Source of the DNA: an uncultured Microthrixaceae bacterium
GTDB taxonomy: Bacteria; Actinomycetota; Acidimicrobiia; Acidimicrobiales; Microtrichaceae
Assembly: GCA_964454385.1 (NCBI GenBank)
Contig: CAYVYG010000001.1
Coordinates: 1 to 32,702, forward strand
DNA: 32,702 bases
Reading direction: 5' to 3'
Shown here: piece by piece, positions 7,115 to 16,211 of the stretch
Numbering within the stretch: the stretch's first letter is position 1
Layout of the letters: each line of letters starts with the position of its first letter
The notes under the pieces: model-generated
Told to the model about the DNA's origin: nothing
Seen by the model: the letters and a program-made list of their open reading frames with translations, nothing else
The model's database searches: none
Position numbers and translations under genes: made by a program

Positions 7115-7945
7115 GTGATCCCGTCGCTGCGTCGTGACCTGCAGGCCGCCCGCGAGCGCGACCCTGCTGCCCGTTCGACCGCCGAGATCCTGCTCACCTA
7201 CCCGGGACTCCACGCCGTGTGGGGCCATCGCCTGAACCACTGGCTCTGGACCAACGGAAGGCGTTTGACCGCCAGGGCCGGCTCCGCGCTGATGCGTTGG
7301 TTGACCGGCATCGAGATCCACCCGGCGGCCGTGCTGGGCTCGGGGCTGTTCATCGACCACGGTTCCGGGGTCGTGATCGGGGAGACCACCCGGGTGGGTT
7401 GCGATGTGACCATCTTCCACGGCGTGACTCTCGGTGGCACGAGCACCGCGCAGGGCAAACGCCATCCCACCATCGGCGACCGGGTCACGATCGGGGCGGG
7501 GGCGAAGGTCCTGGGAGCGATCTCGATCGGCCACGACAGCCGCATCGGGGCCAACGCCGTGGTCGTGCGCGACGTCCCGTCGAACTCGGTCGTAGTGGGG
7601 GTTCCCGGCCAGATCATCGCACGGAGCCGGCCGCGCGGCGCCGAATCCGGAGTCGACCTGGACCCGGTGATCCCCGACCTGGTGGGAGCCAGCCTCGCGT
7701 CGCTGTTGACCCGCGTCGATTCGATCGAGGCGACCCTGGCCGACGGCGCGGACGCCGATACCGGCGGGGGTGGTGAGACTGCCGATAGCGGCGACACCGC
7801 CGAGGGTGGTGGGCCTGGTCGACTCGGCGGGACCGGTGCCGATCAGGACAGCCCCGGTGCGGCCGGGAGCGGGGAACGTGTTCCGGTGCTCCGCATCGGT
7901 CGGCCGGTCGACGGCGTCTGGCCCGGTGGCGACTACTCGATCTGA
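7115..7945 (+). CDS. cysE: Serine O-acetyltransferase with long Gly/Asp-rich C-terminal tail
   Basis: GTG start 2 nt after the cysK stop. Hexapeptide-repeat core ([28 protein letters not shown]..., [21 protein letters not shown]). 276 aa ending ...GGDYSI. Confidence 0.9.
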   Translation: MIPSLRRDLQAARERDPAARSTAEILLTYPGLHAVWGHRLNHWLWTNGRRLTARAGSALMRWLTGIEIHPAAVLGSGLFIDHGSGVVIGETTRVGCDVTIFHGVTLGGTSTAQGKRHPTIGDRVTIGAGAKVLGAISIGHDSRIGANAVVVRDVPSNSVVVGVPGQIIARSRPRGAESGVDLDPVIPDLVGASLASLLTRVDSIEATLADGADADTGGGGETADSGDTAEGGGPGRLGGTGADQDSPGAAGSGERVPVLRIGRPVDGVWPGGDYSI

Positions 7946-8008
7946 GCACGCCAGGTCCCGCGCGTCGATCCGTGGGGAGCCCGCCTCGATGACCTATCGT
8001 GCCGGTCC

Positions 8009-8800
8009 ATGATCCGATCCGCTCGCCTCGATTCCGGTGTCCACGTCGTGACCCTCGACCGACCCAAGGTGAACGCGCTGTGTGTCGAGTTGCTCACCGA
8101 GTTGCGTTCGACGATCGAATCGATCTCCCGGGAGTCCCCGAGGGCCGTGGTGATCACCGGTGGCCCCGGGGTCTTCGCGGCCGGCGCGGACGTGACCGAG
8201 TTCGCCCGCGACGCAGGAGCCGAACCGTTCGGCCTCGCCGAACCCGACGAGATCGTGCGCATCGGCGGGGCTTTCCTCGAGGGACTCGGATCGGTGGCCG
8301 CGCTGACGTGCCCCACGATCGCGGCGGTCAACGGCTTCGCGCTCGGCGGCGGTTGCGAGCTCGCCCTCGCGTGCGATCTGCGCGTCGCGGGCGCCGACGC
8401 GAAGTTCGGTCAGCCCGAGATCCTGCTCGGCATTATCCCCGGCGGGGGCGGCACCCAGCGCCTGGCCCGCCTGGTGGGACCCGCACGGGCAAAGGACCTG
8501 ATCTTCACGGGCCGCACCGTCGATGCCCACGAGGCGCTCTCGATCTCTCTGGTGGACCGGGTCACCGAATCGGATGCGACCGACGCGGCGATCGAGCTCG
8601 CCGAGCAGCTCGCGGCAGGTCCTCGCAGCGCACTCGCGCTGGCCAAACAGGCGATCGACGACGGTCTGGCGGGCACGCTCGACCAGGGCCTGCGCGTCGA
8701 AGCGGATCTGTTCGTCGAGAGCTTCATGACCCCTGACGCCCCGATCGGCATCGAGAGCTTCCTGCGGTCCGGGCCCGGCAAGGCCCGCTTCGTGGACTGA
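8009..8800 (+). CDS. Enoyl-CoA hydratase/isomerase (crotonase) family protein
   Basis: 263 aa. Contains FAAGADV, AAVNGFALGGGCELALACDLRVA and FGQPEILLGIIPGGGGTQRL. Confidence 0.9.
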   Translation: MIRSARLDSGVHVVTLDRPKVNALCVELLTELRSTIESISRESPRAVVITGGPGVFAAGADVTEFARDAGAEPFGLAEPDEIVRIGGAFLEGLGSVAALTCPTIAAVNGFALGGGCELALACDLRVAGADAKFGQPEILLGIIPGGGGTQRLARLVGPARAKDLIFTGRTVDAHEALSISLVDRVTESDATDAAIELAEQLAAGPRSALALAKQAIDDGLAGTLDQGLRVEADLFVESFMTPDAPIGIESFLRSGPGKARFVD

Positions 8801-8846
8801 CATCCATAGGAGCATCCGATGCCGAGGGGGTCCGCCGGTGAGCCTG

Positions 8847-11492
8847 TCAGCTCGCCCAGGTGACCAGGGCGAGATCCACCGGGTCGAAGAGCAACGGATC
8901 ATCTGGAAGGACGCGCAAGGTCAGTCCCATCCTGCCCGGGACCGAAAGACGCGCCTCGCCGCGGTAGGTGAGCCGGCTCTGGCGGTCGGTCTCGAGGGCC
9001 GGTGTCGTCGCCTCGGGGAGCATTGTCGTGATCTCGGGCGAGACCAACGTGCCGCCGGGTCCCAGGTGGCCCACCAGCAGTTGCACCCGGACGTCGCGGG
9101 GTTCCAGCTCGCCCAGGCGAACCGCTGCGGTGACCACCCGGGTGCTGCCGAGGTCGCCGGTGCTCTCGTCGGTGTCGACCGACTCGACACGCACTCCGTG
9201 CCACGCGTCGGTGACCCGTTTCCTGAACGCGGCCAAACGGCGCGCCCCGGCGTGGTCGTCGTCTCGTAGCGCCATGGACGTGCGGGCTGCGGGCCGGTAG
9301 ACCTCGCGCGCGTACTGGTCGACCATGCGGTGGGCATCCACGAGCGGTCCCAGTGTCATCAGCGATCGGCGGACCCGTTCCCACCATGGCCCCCGCTCCT
9401 CGTCGCCCAGGGATGTTCCTGACGACGCCCACAGCGGCACGACCTGGTTCTCCAACAGCTCGTAGAGAGCTTCGCAATCGAGGATCGCCCGTTGCGCCGG
9501 GTCGCTGTCACCGTTGGTCCCCCGGGGAGCCGCGATGGCCCAACCGTTGGGCACGTCGTGTGGACCGGTCCCGCCGTCGAAGGCCTGTGCCCACCAGCCG
9601 TCCAGCACCGAGAGGTTGAGCGCCCCGTTGAGCGCCGCTTTCATCCCGCTGGTGCCCGAGGCCTCCAGGGGATGCAGAGGTGTGTTGAGCCAGACGTCCG
9701 CGCCCTGGACCAGTGCACGCGCCAATGCCATGTCGTAGTCGGCGACGAACGCGAAGCGCCCGCGGACCTCGGGCTCGGACGCGAACGCCACGAGCCGGCG
9801 GATCGCCTCCTTCCCGTTGTCGTCATTGGGGTGGGCCTTGCCCGCGAAGACGAACTGCACGTCGTGGTCGGCGATCAGGCGCCGCAGGCGATCCGGTTGC
9901 TCCAACAACAGCGCCGCCCGCTTGTGGGCGGCCATGCGTCGCGCGAAGCAGATCGTGAGGACGTCCGGGTCGAGCGCGCTCTCGGTCCATGACAGCTCCG
10001 AGGGCGACCGGCCGGTGCTGAGTCCGCCCTCGACCAGACGGCGCCTGACGACCTCGACGAGGTGCGCGCGGTCCGCCGCGGCCGCCCCGAGCAGCTCCGC
10101 GTCGGTGATGTCCCCGACCGCGTCCCATCGGCTGGTGGTCGAACCGGTGGTCGACGAACCGGCGAGGTGCCAATCCCGGGGCGGCCCCATCGCTGACACC
10201 AGCAGATCCGACATCGAGGGGCTGAGCCAACTCTGCGGGTGCACCCCGTTGGTAACGTGGCCGATCGGCACCTCGTCGTCGGGGATGCCGGGCCAGAGGC
10301 CCGTGAACATCGCCCGGCTGGTCGCACCGTGCGTCCTCGACACCCCGTTTCGGAACTGCGACAGGCGCATCCCCATGATCGCCATGTTGAAGGGTCTGTC
10401 GGCCTGCTCCCCGGGTAGGTGGCCGAGCTCCATCAACCGGTCGATGTCGATGTCGCAGTCACGCGCCCAGTCGTGGAAGTAGCGCTCGATGAGCGAGCGC
10501 GGGAACAGGTCGATCCCTGCGGGCACCGGGGTGTGGGTCGTGAACACCGAACCCGCACGTACGGCCTCGAATGCCTCCTCGAAGCGCAGGCCTTCGCGCT
10601 TCATGGCGGTCCTGATCCTCTCCAGGTTCATGAAACCTGCGTGGCCCTCGTTGGTGTGGAACACCTCGACAGCCTCACCGAGCGCGTCGAGGGCTCTGAC
10701 GCCGCCGATGCCGAGCACGATCTCCTGGCGGAGCCGGTGCTCGACGTCGCCTCCGTAGAGCCGGTCGGTGACCAGCCTCAGCTCCTCGGAGTTCTCGCGC
10801 AGATCCGCGTCGAGCAGGTACATCCGAGACGGTCCGAGCCTCGCGAGCCAGATCCGAAGGACCAGCGGCGACCCGGCGAGGTCGACCTCGATCCGCTCGT
10901 CGAGCTCGCTCAGCGGCAGCGTGTGGGGATCGACGTCGTCGAAGCGTTCGGTCTGCCAGCCGTCGACGGTCAGTTCCTGGTGGAAGTAGCCGTGGCGGTA
11001 GAACAGCCCGACCGCCACCAACGGGATCCCCATGTCCCCGGCTGCCTTCAGGTGGTCCCCGGCGAGCACGCCGAGGCCACCGGAGTACTGGTTGATCGCC
11101 TCGGTGACCCCGAACTCCGGTGAGAAGTAGGCGACCAGGTGATCGAAGGCCTCACCGGGGCTGTCGTGTTCGGCGTGGTCGTCCTCCCTGCCGGGGCGGT
11201 CCTCCACGGCGGGGCCCGCGAGCGATGCAACGGCACGGCTCAGCGCCAACAGGTAGTCCTCGTCGCCGGCGAGGCGGTCCAGGTGCTCGGCGTCGGCCTG
11301 TGCCAGCAGGCGTGCGGGATCCCGCACGCCCGAGGCCCAACCGGCGGGATCGACCCGCTCGAAGAGGTCCTGGATGTCGCGGTCGTAGGACCAGCGCAGG
11401 TTCTTGGCGAGCGTTCGCAGCTCCGAGAGCGCTGCAGGCAGGTGGGGACGCACCGTGAAGCTTCGCTTCGCGGTCGCTTCGACGGGTTCCAT
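8847..11492 (-). CDS. glgP: Alpha-glucan (glycogen/maltodextrin) phosphorylase, actinobacterial GlgP type
   Basis: 881 aa from ATG 11492 (MEPVEATAKRSFTVRPHLP...). Contains YFSPEFG, QYSGGLGVLAGDHLK, FHTNEGHAGF, and GKAHP...GK with EASGTSGMKAALNGALNLS (PLP-Lys region). The upstream 252 codons of the 1133-aa track ORF are Pro/Arg-rich antisense junk. Confidence 0.9.
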   Translation of the reverse strand: MEPVEATAKRSFTVRPHLPAALSELRTLAKNLRWSYDRDIQDLFERVDPAGWASGVRDPARLLAQADAEHLDRLAGDEDYLLALSRAVASLAGPAVEDRPGREDDHAEHDSPGEAFDHLVAYFSPEFGVTEAINQYSGGLGVLAGDHLKAAGDMGIPLVAVGLFYRHGYFHQELTVDGWQTERFDDVDPHTLPLSELDERIEVDLAGSPLVLRIWLARLGPSRMYLLDADLRENSEELRLVTDRLYGGDVEHRLRQEIVLGIGGVRALDALGEAVEVFHTNEGHAGFMNLERIRTAMKREGLRFEEAFEAVRAGSVFTTHTPVPAGIDLFPRSLIERYFHDWARDCDIDIDRLMELGHLPGEQADRPFNMAIMGMRLSQFRNGVSRTHGATSRAMFTGLWPGIPDDEVPIGHVTNGVHPQSWLSPSMSDLLVSAMGPPRDWHLAGSSTTGSTTSRWDAVGDITDAELLGAAAADRAHLVEVVRRRLVEGGLSTGRSPSELSWTESALDPDVLTICFARRMAAHKRAALLLEQPDRLRRLIADHDVQFVFAGKAHPNDDNGKEAIRRLVAFASEPEVRGRFAFVADYDMALARALVQGADVWLNTPLHPLEASGTSGMKAALNGALNLSVLDGWWAQAFDGGTGPHDVPNGWAIAAPRGTNGDSDPAQRAILDCEALYELLENQVVPLWASSGTSLGDEERGPWWERVRRSLMTLGPLVDAHRMVDQYAREVYRPAARTSMALRDDDHAGARRLAAFRKRVTDAWHGVRVESVDTDESTGDLGSTRVVTAAVRLGELEPRDVRVQLLVGHLGPGGTLVSPEITTMLPEATTPALETDRQSRLTYRGEARLSVPGRMGLTLRVLPDDPLLFDPVDLALVTWAS

Positions 11493-11602
11493 CACGATCG
11501 AGGCTAACGGCCGGGTGCGCTGACGCGGTTCCGCAGGCCCGGGTGTGATTGCCCAACGGGGGTGCCCCGGTGGATGTCGACGGGTCCCGGTAGCCTCGAA
11601 CT

Positions 11603-13198
11603 GTGGGCAAGCTGCGTCCCGAGCACATCCGCCGCGTGCTGTCGGCCCTGGTGGTCTCGTTGCTCGCGGCCGCGGTCCTTGTTCCACCGGGATCCACCGC
11701 ACAGGAGTCGGGTGGGTCCGCAGGGTCCGGCGACGAGGGGGACCGTGGATCCGCTGCGCTCGACGATGAGGCCGCCCGGACGGGAGCGCGGAACCGACCC
11801 ACCGGAGCGGTGGCCTACGTGAGCCCGGATCGGCATGTCCTGTTGGGGACGGGCAACGCGGATCCGGTCGAGGTGGGAACCCTCGCCGCGGTGGGCGACA
11901 ACGGTCAGTCCGCGGTCGCCATCTCACCGACGGGGGAATCGGTCGCCTACGTGCGTGAGGACGGTTCGCTCGTCGTGGTCGACACCGAGGGCGGTGGGAC
12001 CAAGGTGATCGCGTCCGACGTGGCGACCGACGCGATCGGTGTGGCGCCCGTGCTGGCATGGGACGGCACCGGTGACCAGCTCGCATACATCGCCCGTGGC
12101 ACCCCCGAGATGGTGCCCGACGCGAGCACCCGGCCCCGCTCGGACGCGCCCGGATCGTTCCTCGCCCCGCTACCCGACGGGCCCCTGGGCAACGTGTTGG
12201 CGACCGTCGACGTGGCGAGCGGGAAGGCCGAGACCTGGGGTGATCCATCCCAGCGCTCGGTGATCGGGATCGCGGTCTCGCTCACCGACCCGATGATCGT
12301 GGTGCAGACCGCCGCGCCGGGCACCGCCGACAGATACACCCTGGCGCTCGCGGTGCCGGGGTCGCGCGAGTTCTATCCGACACCCTTCTCCGCGGACGAC
12401 CCCGACTTCTCTCCCGACGGCTCCTACCTGGTCACATCTGGTCCCGCCAAGGGAGCGAGGGAGCTCACAAGGACCGACCTGGCGACCCTCGCCCGTGATG
12501 TGCTGACCACCGACGAATCGATGTGCTCGCCGGTGGTCTCACCCGACTCGACGCGCATCGTCTACGGCGGCGGGGTGAACTGCACGCGGCTGAAGCTCGT
12601 CTCCGCGGAGGGTGGCCGCTCCTTCGACATCACACCACTCGACGCACCCGACACGGCGAGCTTCGGTGAGGCTTCCCTCGGCTGGACCAGCGACGGCCGC
12701 TTCGTGACCTATCCCGACTGCACCCACTCCGCAGGGAAGCTCGATTGCGAGGGCCCCTCGGTGTTCCTGGAGCCCGACTCCGGGCGGATCCTCGACGGTC
12801 CCGATGCGGTGACGGTTTCTCCCATCCGGCGCACGCTCATCCAGGACATCTGGCTCGACTTCACCATGGGTGGGCCCATCGCATCACGCCAGTCGTTCCC
12901 GATAACCGAGGAGATCGAGGGAGCCCTCACCGACACCGGATCGACCGAGGTGCTCCAAGCGACCCTCAACAACGGCACCGCGGTGCTCGATGTCAACCTG
13001 ACGGCCTCCGAAGCAGGCTTCGTCACCGGGGTGATGACCGTCGACGATCCCACCGCTGGTGTCGACAGGACCTTCACCGTACTTGCGCGGACGTCGCTTC
13101 TGGGTCTGCGCATCGTCTCGATGACCGGGATCTGGATGAGCACCACCGATCTGCCGTTCGCCACGGGGGAGTTCACCATGGCGATCCGCCGGCGCTGA
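11603..13198 (+). CDS. Secreted protein with PD40/TolB-like beta-propeller repeats and an unassigned C-terminal domain
   Basis: 531 aa. N-terminal signal-like segment (RRVLSALVVSLLAAAVLVPPGSTAQ). Repeated xSPDG/SPTG blades (ISPTGESVAY, FSPDGSYLV, VSPDSTRIVY). No sortase or lipobox motif seen. Confidence 0.6.
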   Translation: MGKLRPEHIRRVLSALVVSLLAAAVLVPPGSTAQESGGSAGSGDEGDRGSAALDDEAARTGARNRPTGAVAYVSPDRHVLLGTGNADPVEVGTLAAVGDNGQSAVAISPTGESVAYVREDGSLVVVDTEGGGTKVIASDVATDAIGVAPVLAWDGTGDQLAYIARGTPEMVPDASTRPRSDAPGSFLAPLPDGPLGNVLATVDVASGKAETWGDPSQRSVIGIAVSLTDPMIVVQTAAPGTADRYTLALAVPGSREFYPTPFSADDPDFSPDGSYLVTSGPAKGARELTRTDLATLARDVLTTDESMCSPVVSPDSTRIVYGGGVNCTRLKLVSAEGGRSFDITPLDAPDTASFGEASLGWTSDGRFVTYPDCTHSAGKLDCEGPSVFLEPDSGRILDGPDAVTVSPIRRTLIQDIWLDFTMGGPIASRQSFPITEEIEGALTDTGSTEVLQATLNNGTAVLDVNLTASEAGFVTGVMTVDDPTAGVDRTFTVLARTSLLGLRIVSMTGIWMSTTDLPFATGEFTMAIRRR

Positions 13199-13250
13199 GG
13201 TTCCCGTCGGCGCTGAGGTTCCCGCCGGCGCTGAGCATCCCGCCGGGCGG
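13186..13250. repeat. 18-bp tandem repeat CCG(C/T)CGGCGCTGAGGTTC x3.6 spanning the stop codon of the PD40 gene
   Basis: Units at 13186-13203, 13204-13221 and 13222-13239, plus a partial unit. They give in-frame TGA at 13196, 13214 and 13232. Confidence 0.95.
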
Positions 13251-13461
13251 TCTTCGCTACCGTTCGCGCCGCGCGCCACAATGGTCGCCCCGGCACCGCA
13301 TGTGTCCCGGCGGCCACGACGACCACAGCCCGGTCACCCGAACGGCGTTGCGGTGATCCCCAGGCTGTCACCGGCACCGTGGCACCGACCGTCACACAGT
13401 GAGTTGACAAAGTGAGCTAGGAGCCGTCGTCAAAGAGGTCGACTTCATCGAGCAACTGAGC

Positions 13462-14775
13462 GTGCTGCTGGCTCCGTATCTCGCGGCCCAGCGGTGGTAC
13501 CACCCTGTCGAGGATCCCGTGATGAGGGTTCGCAAGCTCGACACGCTGCTCGACGGCTGGCCCTCCATGCTGTGGGTGCTGGTGGAGGTCCGTGGCGACG
13601 GCGGCGCGGGTATGCCGATCTGGTATCAGGTCGTGCTCGGTGCGGCCGACGAGGACCCCGTGGAGCTGCCCCCGGTCTGCAGGCTCGGGCCGATGGAGGC
13701 GCCACGGCGCACCGTGTGGCTCTTCGATGCGCTGGCCGACGAGGAGCTCGCCCTCGAGCTCTGCAGAGTCGTCGACCCCGAGGGGCGCTTCGCATCGGTA
13801 CGCGCGATCAGCGGCGTCCACTCGAACACCTCACTGGTGATCGACGAGTCCTGGGTGCTCAAGGTGTTCCGGCGGGTGACCAGGGGACCGAACCCCGATG
13901 TGGAGGTCACAGAGGCGCTCGGGCGGGTCGGCTACGGCAACGTGTCGGTCCCCGTGCGCACCTGGCGCAGGGGCCGCGCCGATCTCGCGGTGCTGCGCCG
14001 CCTGGAGCGCTCGCGGGGCGAGGGCCGCGAGCTGGCGCTCGACTCGCTGCGCGAGGTGTTCAACCTGCGACGACCTCCCCGGGACTGCCGGCTGGACTTC
14101 AGCTCCGACGCGGAGGACCTTGGCGCGGAGGTGGCAAGGCTCCACGTGGCACTCTCGGAGGCCTTCGGGGCACAACCCGCCGACGGACATGCATGGGCCG
14201 AGGACATGATCGCCCAGCTGCACCGCGTCACCGACGGCCAACTCGACACCGCCCGCATCGAAGAGGTGTACCGTCGTCTCGGTGCGGCCGACGACCTCGG
14301 CATGGCGATCCGGGTGCACGGGGACCTCCGATTGGCCAAGACGTTGCGCGTGAGGCGCTCGTGGATGCTCTTCGACTTCGAGGGCGAGGCGGTCAGGTTG
14401 CTCGCCGAGCGGCGCCGCGCATCCTCACCGCTGCGGGACGTCGCAGGGATGACCAGAGCGTTCCACCAGGTGGCCAACACCGCGCTGTCGGAGGTGGCCA
14501 TCCCCGACGGCGAGCTGAGGTTGCTCGCCGATGCCTGGGCCGAGCGGAACCTCAACGCTTTCCTCACCGGCTACGCGGACCAGGACGAGGTCCACCGCCT
14601 GTTGCCCCGGGCACGCGCGAGCCGTGACGCGCTGTTGAGCGTCTTCGAGCTCGATGCAGCGGTTCACGAGGTCGCCTACGAGCTCTCCCATCACCCCGAG
14701 GTGGCCGACCGGTCGACAGCTGCGGTGCAGCGCCTCCTCGACGAGGACGGCGGCGCCGGGCCGAGGCCCGGTTGA
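13462..14775 (+). CDS. mak: Maltokinase (Mak/Pep2; maltose 1-phosphate-forming, GlgE pathway)
   Basis: 437 aa. N-terminal cap motif YLAAQRWY, SNTSLVIDESWVLKVFRRVTRGPNPDVEV, catalytic HGDLRLAKTL and DFEGEA. Resembles mycobacterial Mak. GTG 13462 is the first canonical start in a frame that opens at 13408. Confidence 0.8.
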   Translation: MLLAPYLAAQRWYHPVEDPVMRVRKLDTLLDGWPSMLWVLVEVRGDGGAGMPIWYQVVLGAADEDPVELPPVCRLGPMEAPRRTVWLFDALADEELALELCRVVDPEGRFASVRAISGVHSNTSLVIDESWVLKVFRRVTRGPNPDVEVTEALGRVGYGNVSVPVRTWRRGRADLAVLRRLERSRGEGRELALDSLREVFNLRRPPRDCRLDFSSDAEDLGAEVARLHVALSEAFGAQPADGHAWAEDMIAQLHRVTDGQLDTARIEEVYRRLGAADDLGMAIRVHGDLRLAKTLRVRRSWMLFDFEGEAVRLLAERRRASSPLRDVAGMTRAFHQVANTALSEVAIPDGELRLLADAWAERNLNAFLTGYADQDEVHRLLPRARASRDALLSVFELDAAVHEVAYELSHHPEVADRSTAAVQRLLDEDGGAGPRPG

Positions 14776-14800
14776 GGCTCCTCGGGGATAGCTTTTCGAG

Positions 14801-15673
14801 GTGGATCCCGTGATCGCCCCGACCTGTGCCAACCATCCCGACCGGGTGGCGGGCGTGCGCTGCCAGCGTTGCGAACGGCCGATCTGTCCGTCCTGCATGG
14901 TGCAGGCCTCGGTCGGGTTCCACTGCCCCCAGTGCGCCGGGGCGCGCACCACCAGGGTGGTGAGCGGTCGTGCCGCGTTCGGGGGAGCCTCCGACCTGCT
15001 GGCGACAAAGGTGCTGATCGGCATCAACGCGGTGTTCTTCGTGGCGATGGTGGCCACCGGGGGAACGGTGTCGGGTGCATCGGGACCGGTCTTCACCTGG
15101 GGAGCCACCTACGGTCCGCTGGTGGCCCAGGGCGAGTGGTACCGGTTGGTCACCGGCGGTTTCCTGCACGCCGGCCTGTTGCACCTGGGCATGAACATGT
15201 TCCTGCTGTGGCTGCTCGGCCAGGCCCTGGAACCGGCGCTGGGTCGGAGCCAGTTCGTGGCGATCTACATGGTCTCGCTGCTCGGCGGATCGCTCGGGGT
15301 GATGCTGTTGGACCCGACCTCGCCGACCCTGGGTGCGTCGGGGGCGGTGTTCGGGCTGATGGGAGCCCTCACCGTGTTGCAGATGCGCGCCGGGCAGAAC
15401 CCCTGGCGCTCGGGCATCGGGACCTTGATCGTGTTGAACCTCGTGATCACCTTCATGGTGCCGGGGATCTCGATCGGCGGGCACCTCGGAGGGTTGGTGG
15501 CGGGAGCGGCCGCGGCCTGGGGCCTGGGGGTCACCACCGAGCGGAGCCCACAGGGAACTCCACGGGTGCCCTTCGCAGGACGCATCGCGGCCCTGGCGGT
15601 GTTCGCCGTGGTGCTCGCGGTCGCGGCGGTCACCGTGGTCGGCCGTTCGCAGTTCGTTATCCTGCCGGGCTAG
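14801..15673 (+). CDS. Rhomboid-family intramembrane serine protease with N-terminal Cys-rich zinc-ribbon
   Basis: 290 aa. Contains CANHPDRVAGVRCQRCERPICPSCMVQASVGFHCPQCAG, FLHAGLLHLGMNM, the catalytic GASGAVFGLMG and GGHLGG. An in-frame GTG at 14810 with GAGGTGG upstream is an alternative start. Confidence 0.85.
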   Translation: MDPVIAPTCANHPDRVAGVRCQRCERPICPSCMVQASVGFHCPQCAGARTTRVVSGRAAFGGASDLLATKVLIGINAVFFVAMVATGGTVSGASGPVFTWGATYGPLVAQGEWYRLVTGGFLHAGLLHLGMNMFLLWLLGQALEPALGRSQFVAIYMVSLLGGSLGVMLLDPTSPTLGASGAVFGLMGALTVLQMRAGQNPWRSGIGTLIVLNLVITFMVPGISIGGHLGGLVAGAAAAWGLGVTTERSPQGTPRVPFAGRIAALAVFAVVLAVAAVTVVGRSQFVILPG

Positions 15674-15716
15674 GGGTTCGGGGCCTGACCGCGCCGGCTG
15701 GCTCAGCACTCGCCGT

Positions 15717-16211
15717 TCAGTCGCGTGGTCCCGCGGGAAGAGCCCTCGTGGCACCGTGGGGGAGCGCACCGGACTCCACCAGGTCGGTCAGGCGAGCGAG
15801 GTTGCCCCGCCAGATCAACCACATGACCGGCGTCGCCGCCAGGGCGGTGAGCCGGCCTCCCATCCACCAGGGGAACCGCAGGCGCTCGGACCAGGTGAAC
15901 CGGGTCCTGTGCCTGGCGAGCAGCCTGGGGCGCAGCCTGAAGGTGCCGGTACCGCTCACGACGCCCTCGTGGAGCACCGACATCGCCCGGGGCGGGTCCC
16001 AGCGGGTCACCTCCATCGAGTCGACCAGGGCGAAGGGGCCCACGCGGGTGAGGCACTCGAAGGTCGTCCCCTTGCCGGTGCGGCGTTGCGATGTGAATGT
16101 GATGGAGGCCGCGTCGGCCATCCAGCGGACGTGTGAGGAGATGTCCTCGAGCGCGGCCCACACCTGGGCGGGTGGAGCCTTGATCGTCCGCGAAACCCTG
16201 ATCCGAGCCAC
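15717..16211 (-). CDS. SRPBCC (START/polyketide-cyclase-like) family protein
   Basis: 164 aa from GTG 16211 (VARIRVSRTIKAPPAQVWAALEDISSHVRWM...), the typical N-terminus and size of the family. ATG 16256 is an alternative start. Confidence 0.6.
   Translation of the reverse strand: MARIRVSRTIKAPPAQVWAALEDISSHVRWMADAASITFTSQRRTGKGTTFECLTRVGPFALVDSMEVTRWDPPRAMSVLHEGVVSGTGTFRLRPRLLARHRTRFTWSERLRFPWWMGGRLTALAATPVMWLIWRGNLARLTDLVESGALPHGATRALPAGPRD

Noticed and set aside
7741-7830. Apparent imperfect DNA repeat (GCCGATA(C/G)CGGCG ... GGTGGTG) in the cysE tail.
   Set aside because: Too degenerate to call a tandem repeat. It is more simply explained by biased Gly/Asp/Ala codon usage in a low-complexity tail.
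11493-12248. Upstream 252 codons of the 1133-aa minus-strand ORF (8847..12248).
   Set aside because: It is Pro/Arg-rich low-complexity sequence antisense to the PD40 gene. GlgP homology begins at MEPVEATAK (ATG 11492).
13404-13432. Perfect TTGACA (13404-13409) as a -35 element for mak.
   Set aside because: No acceptable TANNNT hexamer lies 16-19 bp downstream (candidates are TCGTCA and CGTCAA). It is kept only as a remark in the mak finding.
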